This document shows positions 41,680 to 55,209 of a stretch of DNA of 64,000 bases, piece after piece (the first letter of the stretch is position 1; each line of letters starts with the position of its first letter). This DNA is from Octopus vulgaris (taxonomy: Eukaryota). The stretch spans positions 81,902,001 to 81,966,000 of the forward strand of contig OX597820.1 of the NCBI GenBank assembly GCA_951406725.2, given 5' to 3'. A program made the position numbers and the translations under genes. The notes under the pieces are model-generated. The model was not told the DNA's origin, did no database searches, and saw nothing but the letters and a program-made list of their open reading frames with translations.

Positions 41680-42947
41680 CTAAGAGGGGGCGGCTGTGTT
41701 GAGTCCGTGTGGGGTATTGGTCTGTAGAGTGAAAATGAAACGTTGCTCCAAGTGAAGCCTTGATTGTGGAGGACCGTTGTGCGGGGCGAGACCAAACACA
41801 GAGATGTCATCGGGGGAATGGCTGGCCGAGCGGAAGTGACGTGCGACGGGAGAATTGGACCGTAGACGAACATCCCTTAGATGTTCGGCGAATCGGTCTG
41901 ACAACCGGCGTCCCGTCTGTCCTATATACAGCATTCCGCAGAGGTTGCATTTAATGCAGCATATGAGACCAGACGAAGTACACGTAAAAGAATGTCTGAT
42001 ACGTACAGTTCGCTGGCTGGAACCGGTGACAGCAGTGGTGTTGGTGATGAAGGGGCAGGTGTTGCAGCGGGATCTGGAGCACGGGAAGGATCCGTGTGGG
42101 GTTGAAGGGGAAGAAGAGAGGGTGCTACGGACCAGGAGGTCGCGTAGATTCCGGGTTCGTTTGAAGGAGGACAGGGGTGGGTTGGGGAAAATGGGGTGGG
42201 TTGGGGAAAATGGAGCGGGTTGTGGGATCGAGCTGGAGACGACGGAAGGCACGTAGTATCTTCCGACGAAGGGGTAGAGTAGAGGGGTGGAAAAGGAGGG
42301 GAAACGGGGTGCGGTTGGGGGTGGGTGACAGGAAGGAGAAAGGGCGGTGGTGCGGTCGATGCGACGAGCGCGGGCGAGGGCGTTCAAGACCAGGGTAAGT
42401 GGGTATCCTCGATGCCTACCTAGGGTAGGTGGGTATCCTCGATGGCAGGTATTGAGACTGGGTCCCAAAATCCTGGTCGCGGCTGCACAAGCGTCGGAGG
42501 CGGAGGAACTGGGAGTAGGGGATGGCCCGTTTGGTGTGGAAGGGATGGGAGGAGGAGAAGTTGAGATACAGGTGGGAATCCGTGGGTTTGATGAAGGCGG
42601 AGGTGGTGAGAGAGTGGGAGGGGTGGTCGATGCTGAGAGAGATATCAAGAAAGTTAACAGAAGTATTGGAGATGGTGGAAGTGAATTGTAGAGAGGGGTG
42701 GAAGTTAGAGAGGAAAGAGATGAAGTGGAAGAGTTGTTCGCGGGAAAGGGAGGTGGCGCCTATGCAGTCGTCTATGTAGCGACCGTATAGTTCTAAGGTC
42801 GGCCCGGAGAATTGGGAGAATACTTGGGCCTCAATGTAGCCAACAAAGAGATTGGCGAAATTGGGGCCCATTCTCGTTCCTATCGCGACCCCAGACACCT
42901 ATTGGTACGTTTCCCCGGCGAACGTGAAACAGTTGAGGGTGAGGAGA
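41680..42947 (-). pseudogene. Neptune-like Penelope element: RT C-terminal half plus GIY-YIG endonuclease
   Basis: GVAIGTRMGPNFANLF, YGRYIDD, VNFLDI, KPTDSHLYLNFSSSHP, CSRSRCNTC linker, LYIGQTGRRLSDRFAEH and EQRFIFTL..PHGLN. A frameshift coincides with a tandem duplication at ~42392-42445. The element is 5'-truncated. Confidence 0.9.
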
Positions 42948-43208
42948 ACATTTTGTAAACAAACGTATAAGCGCCGAAGATAGAGGAATTCTCGAACGCA
43001 GGATGGCTAAGAAGACAACTTAGAAAATCGCGTAAAAATCCTTTAGAAGACAGGGGAAAGAAGCCAGCAAGTGTCTACAGTGAATCGGACCCTGTACCTC
43101 TCAAATTCCGGCTCAGTGGTCTGACGTTTAGACACACACAAACACACAGACACACACACGCACACACACACACACAGACACACACAGACACACACACACA
43201 TACACACA

Positions 43209-44429
43209 CACAGACGACAGAAATAGATACCCCATAAAGCATTGTTTTATGCTTATTTTCACTTGAAAATGTTTACATTTTTTTTAATTGACATTTTTAT
43301 GTTTCGGGTTCTGTATGTGACAGTTTAATCATGCCACAGACAAAAGAAACCTTGGAACTGCCGAAATTTGAAACAGGTCATATTGTGGGTCAATCGGAAG
43401 GTGGAGCGTAAAATCGCAGCAAACCTTTGGGTCCCGCTTTCTACAGTTAATAGGGTGGTTGTGCAATTCACCAGAGAGGGGAAGGAGTTCACATTACCTT
43501 GTCCAGATCGACCAGAGCTATTTGACAGGGCCCTTTGCTTTTTTAAGTGAAGTGTGGATGATAATTCTCATTGAAAGACCTCTGACATAGCATAAAAAGT
43601 TAATGTCAGTCTCAGAAGAGCTGTCAGGTATCTCCACAAACTTGGCTACTATAGCAGAGCAGCAAGAAAGAAACCATTTCTTGAACCATCCAATATCAAG
43701 TGGAAAACAGTTTGGGCCAATGAGATGATGGAGTGGCCGCAAGCATTTTGGGACACTATCATATTCTCTGATGAGTCCAGATTTGCTGTATTTTCTGACA
43801 GAGATCGAGTGTTGGTCTGGAGACTGTGATCAAGAATTTGACATGAAAAGACTGCTGCCAACGATAAAACAAGTCGGCTATATTGTGATGGTCTGGGGAG
43901 CAATGGAAAACCAGAGCTGGTGGAGTGTGACGGAAGCATAAACTCAGATAAATATGTGTCCATATTTCAGAAAGGGCTTCTTCCAGACTGCTCCAATGGT
44001 TAAAATGATTAAAGAGGACTTTTTATTTAGGGAAGATAGGGCTCCTTCTCACACAGCTAAGAAGACCCAAGATTGGTTGGAAAAGAACGGCATGAAAAAA
44101 CTTCCACGGCCAAGATATGAACACCAGATATTGAACACCTATGGGGCATAATGGACAGGACACTTACGTTAAAAGGATAAAAATGCTTCCTCAAAGCCAG
44201 ATCTTTTGAGATTACTGCATGAAACTTGGTAAGAAATTTCCCAAGAGAATATTCGTCATCTGATCAGTAGCATGCCTTAAAGGATCCTTGCATTGAAAAA
44301 CGCAAAGGGCATGTCTGCTAAATACTAGATATTCACATTATAATAATTAATGCTTTAAATGTATAATTTCAGATTTTGTATAAATTTTAATGATTATAAG
44401 GGTGTCGGTTTACTTCTGTTATGTCTGTG
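43209..44429 (+). mobile_element. Decayed Tc1-like DNA transposon
   Basis: Imperfect TIRs (cacagac..acagaa...accc / gggtgtcggtttacttctgttatgtctgtg followed by TA). Transposase fragments 43331-44328 include IAANLWVPLSTVNRVV (HTH), IIFSDESRF, EDRAPSHTAK and terminal SAKY*. Confidence 0.85.
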
Positions 44430-44442
44430 TATATATCTATAA

Positions 44443-44553
<111 letters not shown>

Positions 44554-44807
44554 CAGACGGATGGATAGATACATACATACATACATACATACATACATAC
44601 ATACATACATACATACATACATACATACATACATACATACATACATACATACATACATACATACATACATACATTCATACATACATAAATACATACATAC
44701 AAACATACGTACGTACGTACATACATACTTGATTGTTCTGCAAATAGCGTCAATTTATTGCCGTGATTTATGAGACTATTTAATTTCCTCTAATTTTTTA
44801 GGCTTAG

Positions 44808-44853
<46 letters not shown>

Positions 44854-45003
44854 CTGTACATATGTATACTATATTTCGTATTAATTGCCAATTTAAAATT
44901 GTAGTTTATGACTAGTTAATTTTTATCCGTGTGTCGGTTTCAATTATATTTTCTTATATTTTCTCTTTTCATTATACAACTGCATATACATATCATATTG
45001 GAT

Positions 45004-45034
<31 letters not shown>

Positions 45035-45425
45035 CATTCACACGTACGTAGACACAAACATATATACGTACATATCTACATTTATATGGGTGTTTATATG
45101 TATGTATGCACATGGATATGCATATGTTTGTACACAAACACACCCAAACACACACACAGACACAGACACAGACACACACACATATATATATAATATGCTT
45201 GTTTTTCTATTTTTAATTATCTGAAACCTTCCTGTTGAGAAGGAGCAAGTTTCTCACAAAGATGCAAAGCTACATCGTTGGAACGTACATAACAAAAACA
45301 TATTCACATTTTGAACTTGAGAAAAGTCTTGCATATTTTTACTATTCCGCTTACAGATTGTATTTGTGCGTGTTAACTGGTTGATTTCGTTTTCTGAAAC
45401 CCCAAGCATACTTTTATGTGTTTAC

Positions 45426-45456
<31 letters not shown>

Positions 45457-45899
45457 TGTATGTATGTATGTATGTATGTATGTATGTATGTATGCTTGTA
45501 TTTGTGTGTGCATGTGTGTGTGTATGGATGGATCGATGAATGGATGTTATTAAGTCGATGGACAAAATGTCTGCTGGAATTCTGTTATGACTCCTTGCGT
45601 TTTGACTTCAAATCCCACTGAAATCAACTGAGCCATTCGTTCGATTTCATAATATAAAGTGCCAATCAAGTATTGAGGACAATGTTGTCGACCTATCTCC
45701 GTACTGAAAAATACTGGCCCTGTGCCTAAATTAGAAACTATTATCATTTGACCTGGTTATTTTACATGGATCGTGGCTGTACCGTTTGGAGATAAACTCG
45801 ACAAGCATGGAAGTGCTACCAGCGGGATTGTCCGAGAGGCGCGCAGAGCGACAAAAAACGTTCTGCGCTTATTCGTCCTGTACCCGAGTACGCTAAACT

Positions 45900-46390
45900 T
45901 TATTTCAATATCCCTACAACACACTTTTACTATATTAACAAGTGAATTGATTTCTTTTTCAGACTTTGCAAATATCTTCAGGTCTTCTATGAAGAATACA
46001 AGATTTAGAAAAGGTGCAATTGTTGGAAGTTTGTAGTCCTTGGTGAATTTTCTTGATGAATGTTAGCGTGATAACAAATAACAAGAAGAATGAATCACCT
46101 CTTTTAACGGCTGCAGAAGCAAATGATTTCATGTCTACCGTCAAGTTCGTTTTCAAGGACATCGTACTACCTCAGAGGATGTTAATGCAGTTTCTAGCTA
46201 TGTCTAGATGATTCCACACTCCGAGAAAGGGTATATTACCGTAAGTCTTTCTAAAGTCGACCCATTCCATGCACAAATGCGTCTGTTGTCGCCTGTAGTT
46301 CTGCGTTACCATTTTGGCAATGATCAGATAGTCTCTGGTGCCTGTTAAGTGTTACTTGCACTCCTTTGATTTGAATGAAATAATTGTATA
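45900..46390 (-). pseudogene. Possible highly degenerate LINE RT fragment
   Basis: VKRGDSFFLLFVITL resembles RT motif B (GV.QGD.LSPLLF). Confidence 0.3.
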
Positions 46391-46439
46391 CAAAAAATTC
46401 ATGTGAGTAACTTCCATAACATATTGAAGCAGGTGATTC

Positions 46440-46510
46440 AATCATCATCATCATCGTCGTCGTCGTCGTCTTCAGTGTCATCATCGTCGTCGTCGTCATC
46501 ATCATCATCG

Positions 46511-46565
<55 letters not shown>

Positions 46566-46581
46566 TATTATTATTATTATT
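46440..46581 (+). repeat. (ATC/GTC)n-(TTA)n compound microsatellite
   Basis: Seen directly. Confidence 0.95.
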
Positions 46582-49500
46582 CAGTAGTCTTAGTTTTTAT
46601 CACGTGCTTTCATTGCATCACCGAGCACAGCTCTGTGTGCCTTGGGTATGTGCTGTGGTTTGTTGTGATGCTCTTATTTTTACTGTATTGAAAGTGCTTT
46701 ACGAAGGATGCGTGTGGTGCCTAGTAGTGCAATTTTCTGTATGTTATATATATTTGTTAGTCCTGGTGTTTTTGTTAAGTATTTGTCTGAATATTTTTTT
46801 TATCACACCTAATGCGACTACTACGATAGGAATTGTTTCTGTCTTTAGACTCCATATTCGAGTTACCTCTATTTCCTGGTCTTTGTATTTTGAAAGTTTT
46901 TCCGTTTCTTTTAAAGAAACATTGTCATCTGTTGGTATTGACACATCGATTAGAAAGCATTTCTTTTCTTGGTGATCTCTGATAACTATATCCGGCATAT
47001 TGGCCTTAATTTCTCTATATGCGTGTATTGGCATATATCAGAGTATGGTTGCTTTCTCATTTCTGTGACCTTTTCCGGCATGTCCCTCTACCATCTTTGT
47101 TCTGTTGCTATTCCATAGTGTTGACATAGCTTCCAGTGTATATAGGTTCCAACTCTGTCGTGTCAGTGAATATATTCCTTCTTGGGCAGGACTGAACAGC
47201 CGGAGACAATATAATTTATTGTTTTTTCTTCTCCACATATTTTGCAATTACTTACATTTCTTTTCTTTACACGTTTTTAGTAATTTCTGGTAGGAAGTCT
47301 TTGGTCTTGTGCTTCAATTAAAAATCCTTCAGTTTCTGCTTTGAATCCTGAGCTTCTCAACCATTGTTGGGATTTTGCTTTGTCTATTTATTTGCCTGGA
47401 AGAGGCTTTCCTTACCATGGTTTTATCATGATCCGTTGCTGTTTCAGTTTTAGTTTGCATTTTAGTTGTTTTACAGCTTTTGTTGTTTCTTCTTTTTCTT
47501 CATAGTTGTTAGGTATTATGACTTCTTTTTTTTTGTATTTGTTAGCTTCCTTAAAGACTGAAAGCAGTTTTTTATTTTGTTCGTGTTTTGTGGCTATTTG
47601 TACTAGTTTTCCTTGCTTCTGAAGTAGGTATTTCTGTAGTCCTATGGTGGGTATTTTGTAATAGTTTTCTAGCCTCTACTACTTTCGATACGTTGTATAC
47701 ATAACATTTCTATGTCAGATTTTGGGTGGTGCATCCTAAATCCTGTTGTTATTTTTTTCTTGTTTTCCTGTCTATTTTGATTAGTTCATTTAGAGTCCAG
47801 TTAAGAATATTGTAGCTGTAACTTATAACTGGGACGGCTAGAGTGTTGTTACCTATTATCTTGTTTTCCGCATTGAACTTTGTTTTTAGTATTAATCTAA
47901 CTCCTCTATAGTATTTTTCTTATCTTCGCTTTCATGTGTGTGTGTTGTATCGTTTCTAGTTTATTGATTTCTAAGTATTTCTATGTCTGGCTTTGGTCTA
48001 ATTCTCTTATTTTATTTGCTTTATCTAGTGTGATGTTGCTACCCTTAACTAGTTTTCCACTTTCAAAGATTGTTTTGACACAATTTCCTAAACCAAATTT
48101 CATATGTATTTCTTTGGTAAATCTATGTACTGTCTATAGTAATGTTTATAGCTGTTTATCATTTATAGCGTACTGTTTTAGATCATCTCTCTATATATAA
48201 ACGGCAGTTTGTCTGTCAGGTTGTACCCTCACCCTGACCACGGCTTTCAACCGATTCTGATGAAACTTGACACACACATAGCCCAATGTCATAATTCAAA
48301 ACTGACGCAGCGAAAATTTTGAAAAGTTCCCCCAGTTCTGACAAAAAATCGATAAATTCGACATGGGTCGAGAATCTAAGCTTTTTATATGCAACACATT
48401 TTCTACAGACTGTTTAGGGGACGCAACACGACCTCTTTAACTCTCGGAACACGTGGGGTAAGTATCCCAAAATGTATAAAAATGTACAAAAACGGCAAAA
48501 AAGCGGACAGCAATGTGAGTGACAACAACGAAAAAGTCAAAAGTGACCAAACTGAACAAATGAATGGAAAAGGTTTTTTGATGCACACGACAAAAGCGGT
48601 TTATAATAAACCAAGAGTTTGCAAGTAGCATCCGAGGACCCTTAGGGTACGTCAAAAATTTAAGGAAAAACGCTTGGGGTGGTAGTTATAAAGAAAGTGT
48701 AAACAAAAAAAGTATTCGAATAACTTGCGGCTGCAGCAGCTATTAGCAGAAGTGGGGGTAAAGTCTCGAATGTAATTTCTTCCTGGTAGGAATTGGTTGG
48801 GTTGAATTATCGATAGCTGTTTGATAGTTATTTGGGAGTGCAGAGAAGACCTACACATGCGCCTTCGTTCCCTAGAGGGAAAGGACTAGATTGGGATTAG
48901 TCGTTGCCTACTAGGGGCTCTTACATACCCGGGCAACGCCGGGTTATGCTGCTAGTCGATATATAAAAGGTGGTTGATTGTTTTGCCGCAACAGTTGTAT
49001 CCAGATCCAGTTCTGATTAGCATGTCAGATAAAGGTGTCAGTGTAAAGTAGAAAAAGAGTGGAGAGAGTGTGTCTGTCTCGAATATTCCTCTTCTAATGG
49101 GGATGGCATTGGTTTTTATGAATCCCTGTTTTGTCTGGAACTGTAGCACTGTCTGCCATTTATTCATGGACTGTTTCATATATTTTATGATTATTGGTGC
49201 TACTCTGTTCATAGCTAGTGTTTCTAGGATCCATGTATGGGGAATACTATCAAAAGCCTTTCGGTAATCGATCTAGGTCATACTTAGACCCTTCTTTTTT
49301 CTGCGGTTGTCTTCAGTCACGACTTTATTAATCAGCAGCTGACCTTTACAGCCGTAGGATCTTTTGCTGTATCAAGGAATGCTCAATCTGGAAGCAGAGT
49401 GTTTTCTTCCAGATGCTTGCTCATTCTCTGCGATATTATTACAATAAAGGCATTGTAAATTGTAGCGAGACAAGTTATCGGTCTGTAATTTTGTGGGTTC

Positions 49501-51368
49501 ACCGTTTCAGTGGATTTGGGATTTAAGATAGTTTTCCCTTCCGTGAGCCATGCAGGCATTGTCTCTGGCTCTGCTAGCATTTCTTTAAATTTTTCAGCCA
49601 ACTTTTTATGTATTCATTTTACGTATTTTGACCTGAAGTTGGCGATCTTGTCGTGCCCAGGTGCCTTCTAATTGTTTAGTTTTTGCAGTGCCTGGTAGAC
49701 CTCTTCAGTTCTTACAGGGGTCCAGATTTCTTCAGGTGCTGTGTTCGTTGTTTTGATGGACCTTTTCTGAGGTTGTTCCTTTGCCAACCACTTTTCTTTC
49801 AAAAATTCTTCCACTTCTGCTGTTGGTGCTGTATTGATCACTATTTTATTTTTGCCAAGTTCATGGTAGAATCTTGTAGGGTTGGAGTTGAACTGTTTGT
49901 TTTGTTCATAGAAACGTTTGCGTTTCTCATACCGGCTGATTCTTTGTGCTTTGGCGAGGACATCTTGCTTTAACTGTTCTTTTACCTCAGGTATACCTTA
50001 TTCTGTAATTTTGTATTTACATAATATTTTTCTTCCCTTCTTGTTGCTTAGTAGTGTTGATTGTCTACTAGTTTCATTAAGAATTGACAGATCCTTTCTC
50101 TTATTGCCTATTTTTTCTGGATATTATTTCGCCACGGGGTGATGATGCACCTCTTTGGATCGGTTTTGGGGGGTATCCAGCTTCTTTTATGGCCACGGAG
50201 GTTCCTGCATATATTATATCATTTTGCCTGGTCATATTGACATTTGTTTTTGTAGCTATTAGTTTTGTGACGGCCAGGTTCGTACTATTTATTACTGATG
50301 TTGTTTTATTATCAATTTTAATTTTTGAGAGTTACAATCGGTGGTCGATACTAAGATCTGTTCCTCTCAGTTCTTTGATTATGCTTATTTTTAGAGTATC
50401 ATAATCATTAGGCTCACCTTCACTGTTTCCAGGTTTTAGATTTGTTTCATATTCCCCCCCATTTCATATTTTTGTCTGTAGTATTCTGGTTTGGTGCCTT
50501 TTGCTCATCATTATACATTCCTACAGTTTGAGTTTGTTATCTTTTTTGTTTACTTCGTTTTGTTGGAAATGTTATGTCTATCTTCGTGTTTTACAGTCCC
50601 ATTGCTTATGATATTATTTGGCATTGCTGTGTGGTTACTATCTACATTTTCCTGATGTATTTTTCCTTTTAAGTGATCTATTTCTATTTCTGTTATTTTT
50701 CTTTTTATTTTGAGAATATATCTCCGTATGTTAGCTAGTTTATTAGGGTTCATTGCTGTATCCAAGTCTTTATCTAGGTTATTTTTCTTCCAGATTTTAT
50801 ATGTATGTGTTGTGCTTTCGTTCTGTGGGTAGAGCACTGCTGTAAAATAGGCATGTAGGATTGAAATATATTCCTCACATGTCCATTTATGCTTTTTTTG
50901 TTTTTATTTGCAGGACATGAGGAATAACGTCCGACCCTTTATTTTGATGGTCATCATTTTCGTAGCGTACCGGTCCGTTCATTTCTGATGTTAAATGGTT
51001 TTGCACGTGTACTTTTTGTGTAAGAAGTTTAAAGTACGTACTTCCCATTGGTTATCCTTGTGATGAATAATACGGTTATGATTTGTGCATGGTGGTTGGG
51101 GCAGAGATGGTCTGATGTTGATTGGATCGTAATGTGGCGAGTGTCTTTACAAGTATTGTGCGAGTGATGGAGATGATACACAGTTAAAATACATCATTTC
51201 ATTTGGAAAATAGAAATAAATTTTAATGAGTATTACTTACTCGGATATAGTCCAACACTTTGTCAGTTATTTTAGGCTCTATTTGTTGCCTTTATTCCCG
51301 ATGTTTTTTGATAGGTTTCGGAGCAGTGTTTTATCACTCTCACATGTTAAACGTCCCCGGTGTTGTCT
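46582..51368 (-). mobile_element. Decayed, apparently full-length R4/Dong-like LINE (RT plus C-terminal restriction-like endonuclease)
   Basis: NYRPITCL, D.RKAFDSIPH, RGIF..DTLSPL, HLLYIDDLK and PDIVIRD..CFLIDVSIP..EKLSKYKD. Both ends abut (TAA/TTA)n. Confidence 0.85.
48186..48955 (+). mobile_element. Non-autonomous Helitron nested in the LINE
   Basis: A|TC 5' end, hairpin cccgggcaacgccggg (48928-48943), CTAG|T 3' end and no TSD. Removing it restores the LINE frame HLLYIDDLKQYA. Confidence 0.9.
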
Positions 51369-51393
51369 ATTATTAATATTATTATTATTATTA

Positions 51394-51467
<74 letters not shown>

Positions 51468-51497
51468 GTTATCATTATTATTATTATTATTATTACT

Positions 51498-51534
<37 letters not shown>
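51369..51534 (+). repeat. (TTA)n-(ATC)n compound microsatellite
   Basis: Seen directly. Confidence 0.95.
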
Positions 51535-51537
51535 AGG

Positions 51538-51745
51538 GGACAAGCTGGCAGAATCGTTAGCACACCAGGCGAAATGCTTAGCAGAATTTCATCCGGCCTT
51601 ATGTTCTGAGTTCAGATGCCGCCGGAGTCGACTTTACTTTTTCTCTTTTTGGCGTCGATAAAATAAGTACCAGTTGAACATTGTTGTCGCTGTAATCGAC
51701 TTGTCTGCTCCCCCAAAATTTCAGACCTCGTGCCTTTAGTACGAT
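51538..51745 (+). mobile_element. SINE family C
   Basis: agctggcagaatcgttagcac...gagttcag, homologous to 59933-60168. Confidence 0.75.
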
Positions 51746-52499
51746 GTATTATTATTATCATTACTATTATTATTTGTCAAAGTAAAAAAAAATTATATAT
51801 CAGTGATTAATTACTTATTATAATGTAATAACTAAAAGTTCTTTTTGTATGATGAATTTAATATTCCTTAGAAACCTGTATATTAATAACCATTGCCTGT
51901 TCAGCAGAGATTCGGTAAGTTGCTTCATAGAAATAATATTAAAGTTAATTATAACCGAAGAACTAATAATAGGAATATTTTATCCACTAAATCTCAATTA
52001 ACAGTGACAGATAATACAGCTTCTAATATTTGAAATAAGGATGTATGTTCTTCGACGGTTACTGCAAAAAGTATTTCAATAATTCAGTCGTTTGTAAAAC
52101 AAGCAAGCCCTCTGAGTAGTTGGAGGAGCAAAAGACAAGAGCTTTTGCTCCTTCAGCTACTAAGAAAGTCTGCTGGGTGCCACTCTGTCCAAATTCCTGG
52201 ATACCAGCGTGAAACTAGTGTACAGAAATAACTACAAGAAACACTATATATACACACACATGCATACTGATATTACATACATATATACACATATACATAC
52301 AGACATACGTACATACATTACATACGTGCATTACTTACATACAATCACGTACATACCTACACAAATCCACTTATACATTCAGATACATATTGACAGACAT
52401 TACATACTTTACATATTTGCACATGTAGATAGATAGATAGATAGATAGATAGACAGACAGGTACACAGACAGACAGTTACACACACACATATATATGTA

Positions 52500-52656
52500 A
52501 ATTATTAAATAGTGTAATACAGTAGTATTGCATCCCAGTGAAAGAAAGCACCATCAGGTTAAAGTATAAATATAGGATCGTGATACAATAATGCACCAAT
52601 ATTTACTGGAAACAGCAGATAATATACGACGTTATAGTAAGGCTTCACTGTGTATA

Positions 52657-52698
<42 letters not shown>

Positions 52699-53112
52699 GG
52701 CGAAAACGTTTGCGGGTGGCGAACATAAAATATTTCATCTTACATGTAGGAAGAATATTAAATAAATGTACAACCAAGACGTCGAAAATCAAGGACCTAG
52801 GTTTCGAACTTTCAAAATTACGCTTGTTAACGTAAATTTGATTAGTTCTCTTCGGCTAATTTCACCTAGACAAAATTTCAAATGTCGTTACGTCAATGCC
52901 AGTATTACTCGTGTGAACACTCGGCCGTTAACAGACCGAGAATAGTGAAAAAGTTTTCAAAAAGATTATTAAATAGTGAATACAGTAGTATTGCTTTCCA
53001 GTAAAACAAAGTACCATCAGGTTAAAGTATAAATATAGGATAGTGGTACAACTATGTACCAATATTTACTGGAAATAGCAGACGATAATATATGGGCTAT
53101 AATAAAGCTTCA

Positions 53113-53160
<48 letters not shown>

Positions 53161-53860
53161 AGAGTTTACGAAAAAGACAAAAGACTAAGACAGGTGGTGT
53201 ACAAAACAAACAGATGTATTAGTACAACGCTCAGGAATAGAAAAAGTATTTTACGTTTCGAGCCTACTCGCTTCTACAGAAAGTGACACAGAAGAATCAA
53301 GGAGAGATAAAAAGGAGAGAAAAAAATGTGTGTAGTGGCTAACGATGTAGTGGCTAAACACAGAGAGGACAAACAAGAACAGACAAACGGATTAAGTCGA
53401 TTATATCGACCCCAGTGTGTAACTAGTACTTATTTAATCGACCCCGAAAGGATGAAAGGCAAAGTCGACCTCAGCGGAATTTAAACTCAGAACGTAGCGG
53501 CAGACGAAATACCGCTAAGCATTTAGTCCAGCGTGCTAACGACTCTGCCAGCTCGGCGCCTTATTTTATATATATATACTGGCAAAGACGTTTGCGGGAG
53601 GCGAAAAAAAAATCCATCTTATCTGTAGGAAGAATATTAAATAAATGTACAACACAGATGTGGATAATCTAAGACCGAGATTTCGAACTTTCAAAATTAC
53701 GTTTGTTAACGTAATTTGATTAGTTCTCTTCGGCTAATTTCACCTAGACAACATTTCAAATGTCGCTACATCAGTACCAGTATTACTCGTGTGAACGCCT
53801 GACCGTTAACAGACTAAGATCAGCGAAAAAGTTTTCAAAGAAATAATTATTAAATAGTGG
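52500..53860. repeat. Diverged direct repeat A-B-A'-(insertions)-B'
   Basis: 52500-52650 is similar to 52965-53117, and 52697-52965 is similar to 53579-53860. Confidence 0.75.
53350..53560 (-). mobile_element. SINE family C
   Basis: Near-identical to 59960-60168. Confidence 0.85.
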
Positions 53861-53882
53861 AATATATATATATGTATATAAG

Positions 53883-54095
53883 GTTAATCCAAACATGAAA
53901 ACAACAAGAGAAAACACAACAACGGGAGGACGTGGAACAAATATAGTATTATTGGACGCTCAGGAAGGAAGGGAAGAAGGAGGGTTTTACGTTTCGAGCG
54001 GAGCTCTTCGTCAGAAACATGGGAAAAGGAAAGATCCAGAGAAGGGAAGGCGGAGGAAAAAAATTCGCCAACGGTACACGCGGTCATTTTGAATG
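53883..54095 (-). mobile_element. Short PLE-terminus element (family E)
   Basis: About 210 bp between TA tracts, with homologues at 655-830 and 31033-31623. Contains an intact HHR. Confidence 0.75.
53984..54018 (-). ncRNA. Minimal PLE-type hammerhead lacking helix III loop
   Basis: Minus strand gttt-CTGACGA-agagc(tcc)gctc-GAAACGTA-aaac. The palindromic ACGT would allow a dimeric hammerhead. Confidence 0.75.
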
Positions 54096-54096
54096 G

Positions 54097-54129
<33 letters not shown>

Positions 54130-54169
54130 TATATATATATATATACATACATACATGTGTGTGTGTGTA

Positions 54170-54247
<78 letters not shown>

Positions 54248-54303
54248 ATATATATATATATATATATATAAAGAGAGAGAGAGAGAGAGGAAGAATGAAA
54301 GGA

Positions 54304-54335
<32 letters not shown>

Positions 54336-54894
54336 TAAACAGACAGACAAACAGGCAAAGAGAGACAGACACAAACATATAGGTATACTATACTTGAAAT
54401 GAGGTAACGTGATGCTGACGGCTCCAAAATCTTTAAATTTAGAGCAGTTCAATTAGATTTAACTTCATGTCATACAATAACTACCATCAATAACAGCACT
54501 ACTTCTGTACATTTGCTTCAAATTTTTAGAGATAGCAGCCAAATATCCATCAAGTAATTCTCTACTGTATTAAACGCATTTATGTAGTCCTAGAGAGACG
54601 ATACCTACGAAATGAAAGGGAGTGATTACGGCGGCATAACATCGGGCTAAGCAACGACACTAACACGAGCCAATGCTAGAGCAGATAAAAAGCTAATTAA
54701 AATCGTTAGAGCTAACAACCAAATTTTCCTAAATTCTCTCCCGTATTAAGAAAAAGATTATATATGTTAACGTAATCTTGAATATTAAGGTATGTTTGAA
54801 ATAAAAAGACAGATTGCTACGGCTGGAATGTCGTTGATGGATCCGAGATAACATGGATAAGCACCAACAAAAATATTAGCAACAATACAGGTAT

Positions 54895-55209
54895 ATATCA
54901 CCGTGATCACCGTGACCGACCAGGTTATCAGATGTTACTACATATCGCTGGTCACAGTGCACTTCACATTGTTTTAGCCTTCAAATGACGCCACCCCGCT
55001 GGCTAAGCGAGCAGGCCAACAGAAGAAAGAGTGAGAGAAAACTGTGGTGAAAGAGTACAGCAGGGATCGCCACCACCCCCTGCCGGAGCCTCGTGGAGTT
55101 TTAGGTGTTTTCGCCCAATAAACACTCACGACGCCCGGTCTGGGAATCGAAACCGCGAGCCTACGACCGCGAGTCCGCTGCTCTAATCACTGGACCATTG
55201 CGCCTCCAC
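54895..55209 (-). mobile_element. tRNA-derived SINE family B, full length with TSD
   Basis: Head gtggaggcgcaatggtccagtg...ggtttcgattccc, tail (cacggtgat)2, TSD acaggtat at 54887-54894 and 55210-55217. Confidence 0.85.

Noticed and set aside
46251-51609. Poly-M/S/L/N/I ORFs
   Set aside because: These are trinucleotide microsatellite translations.
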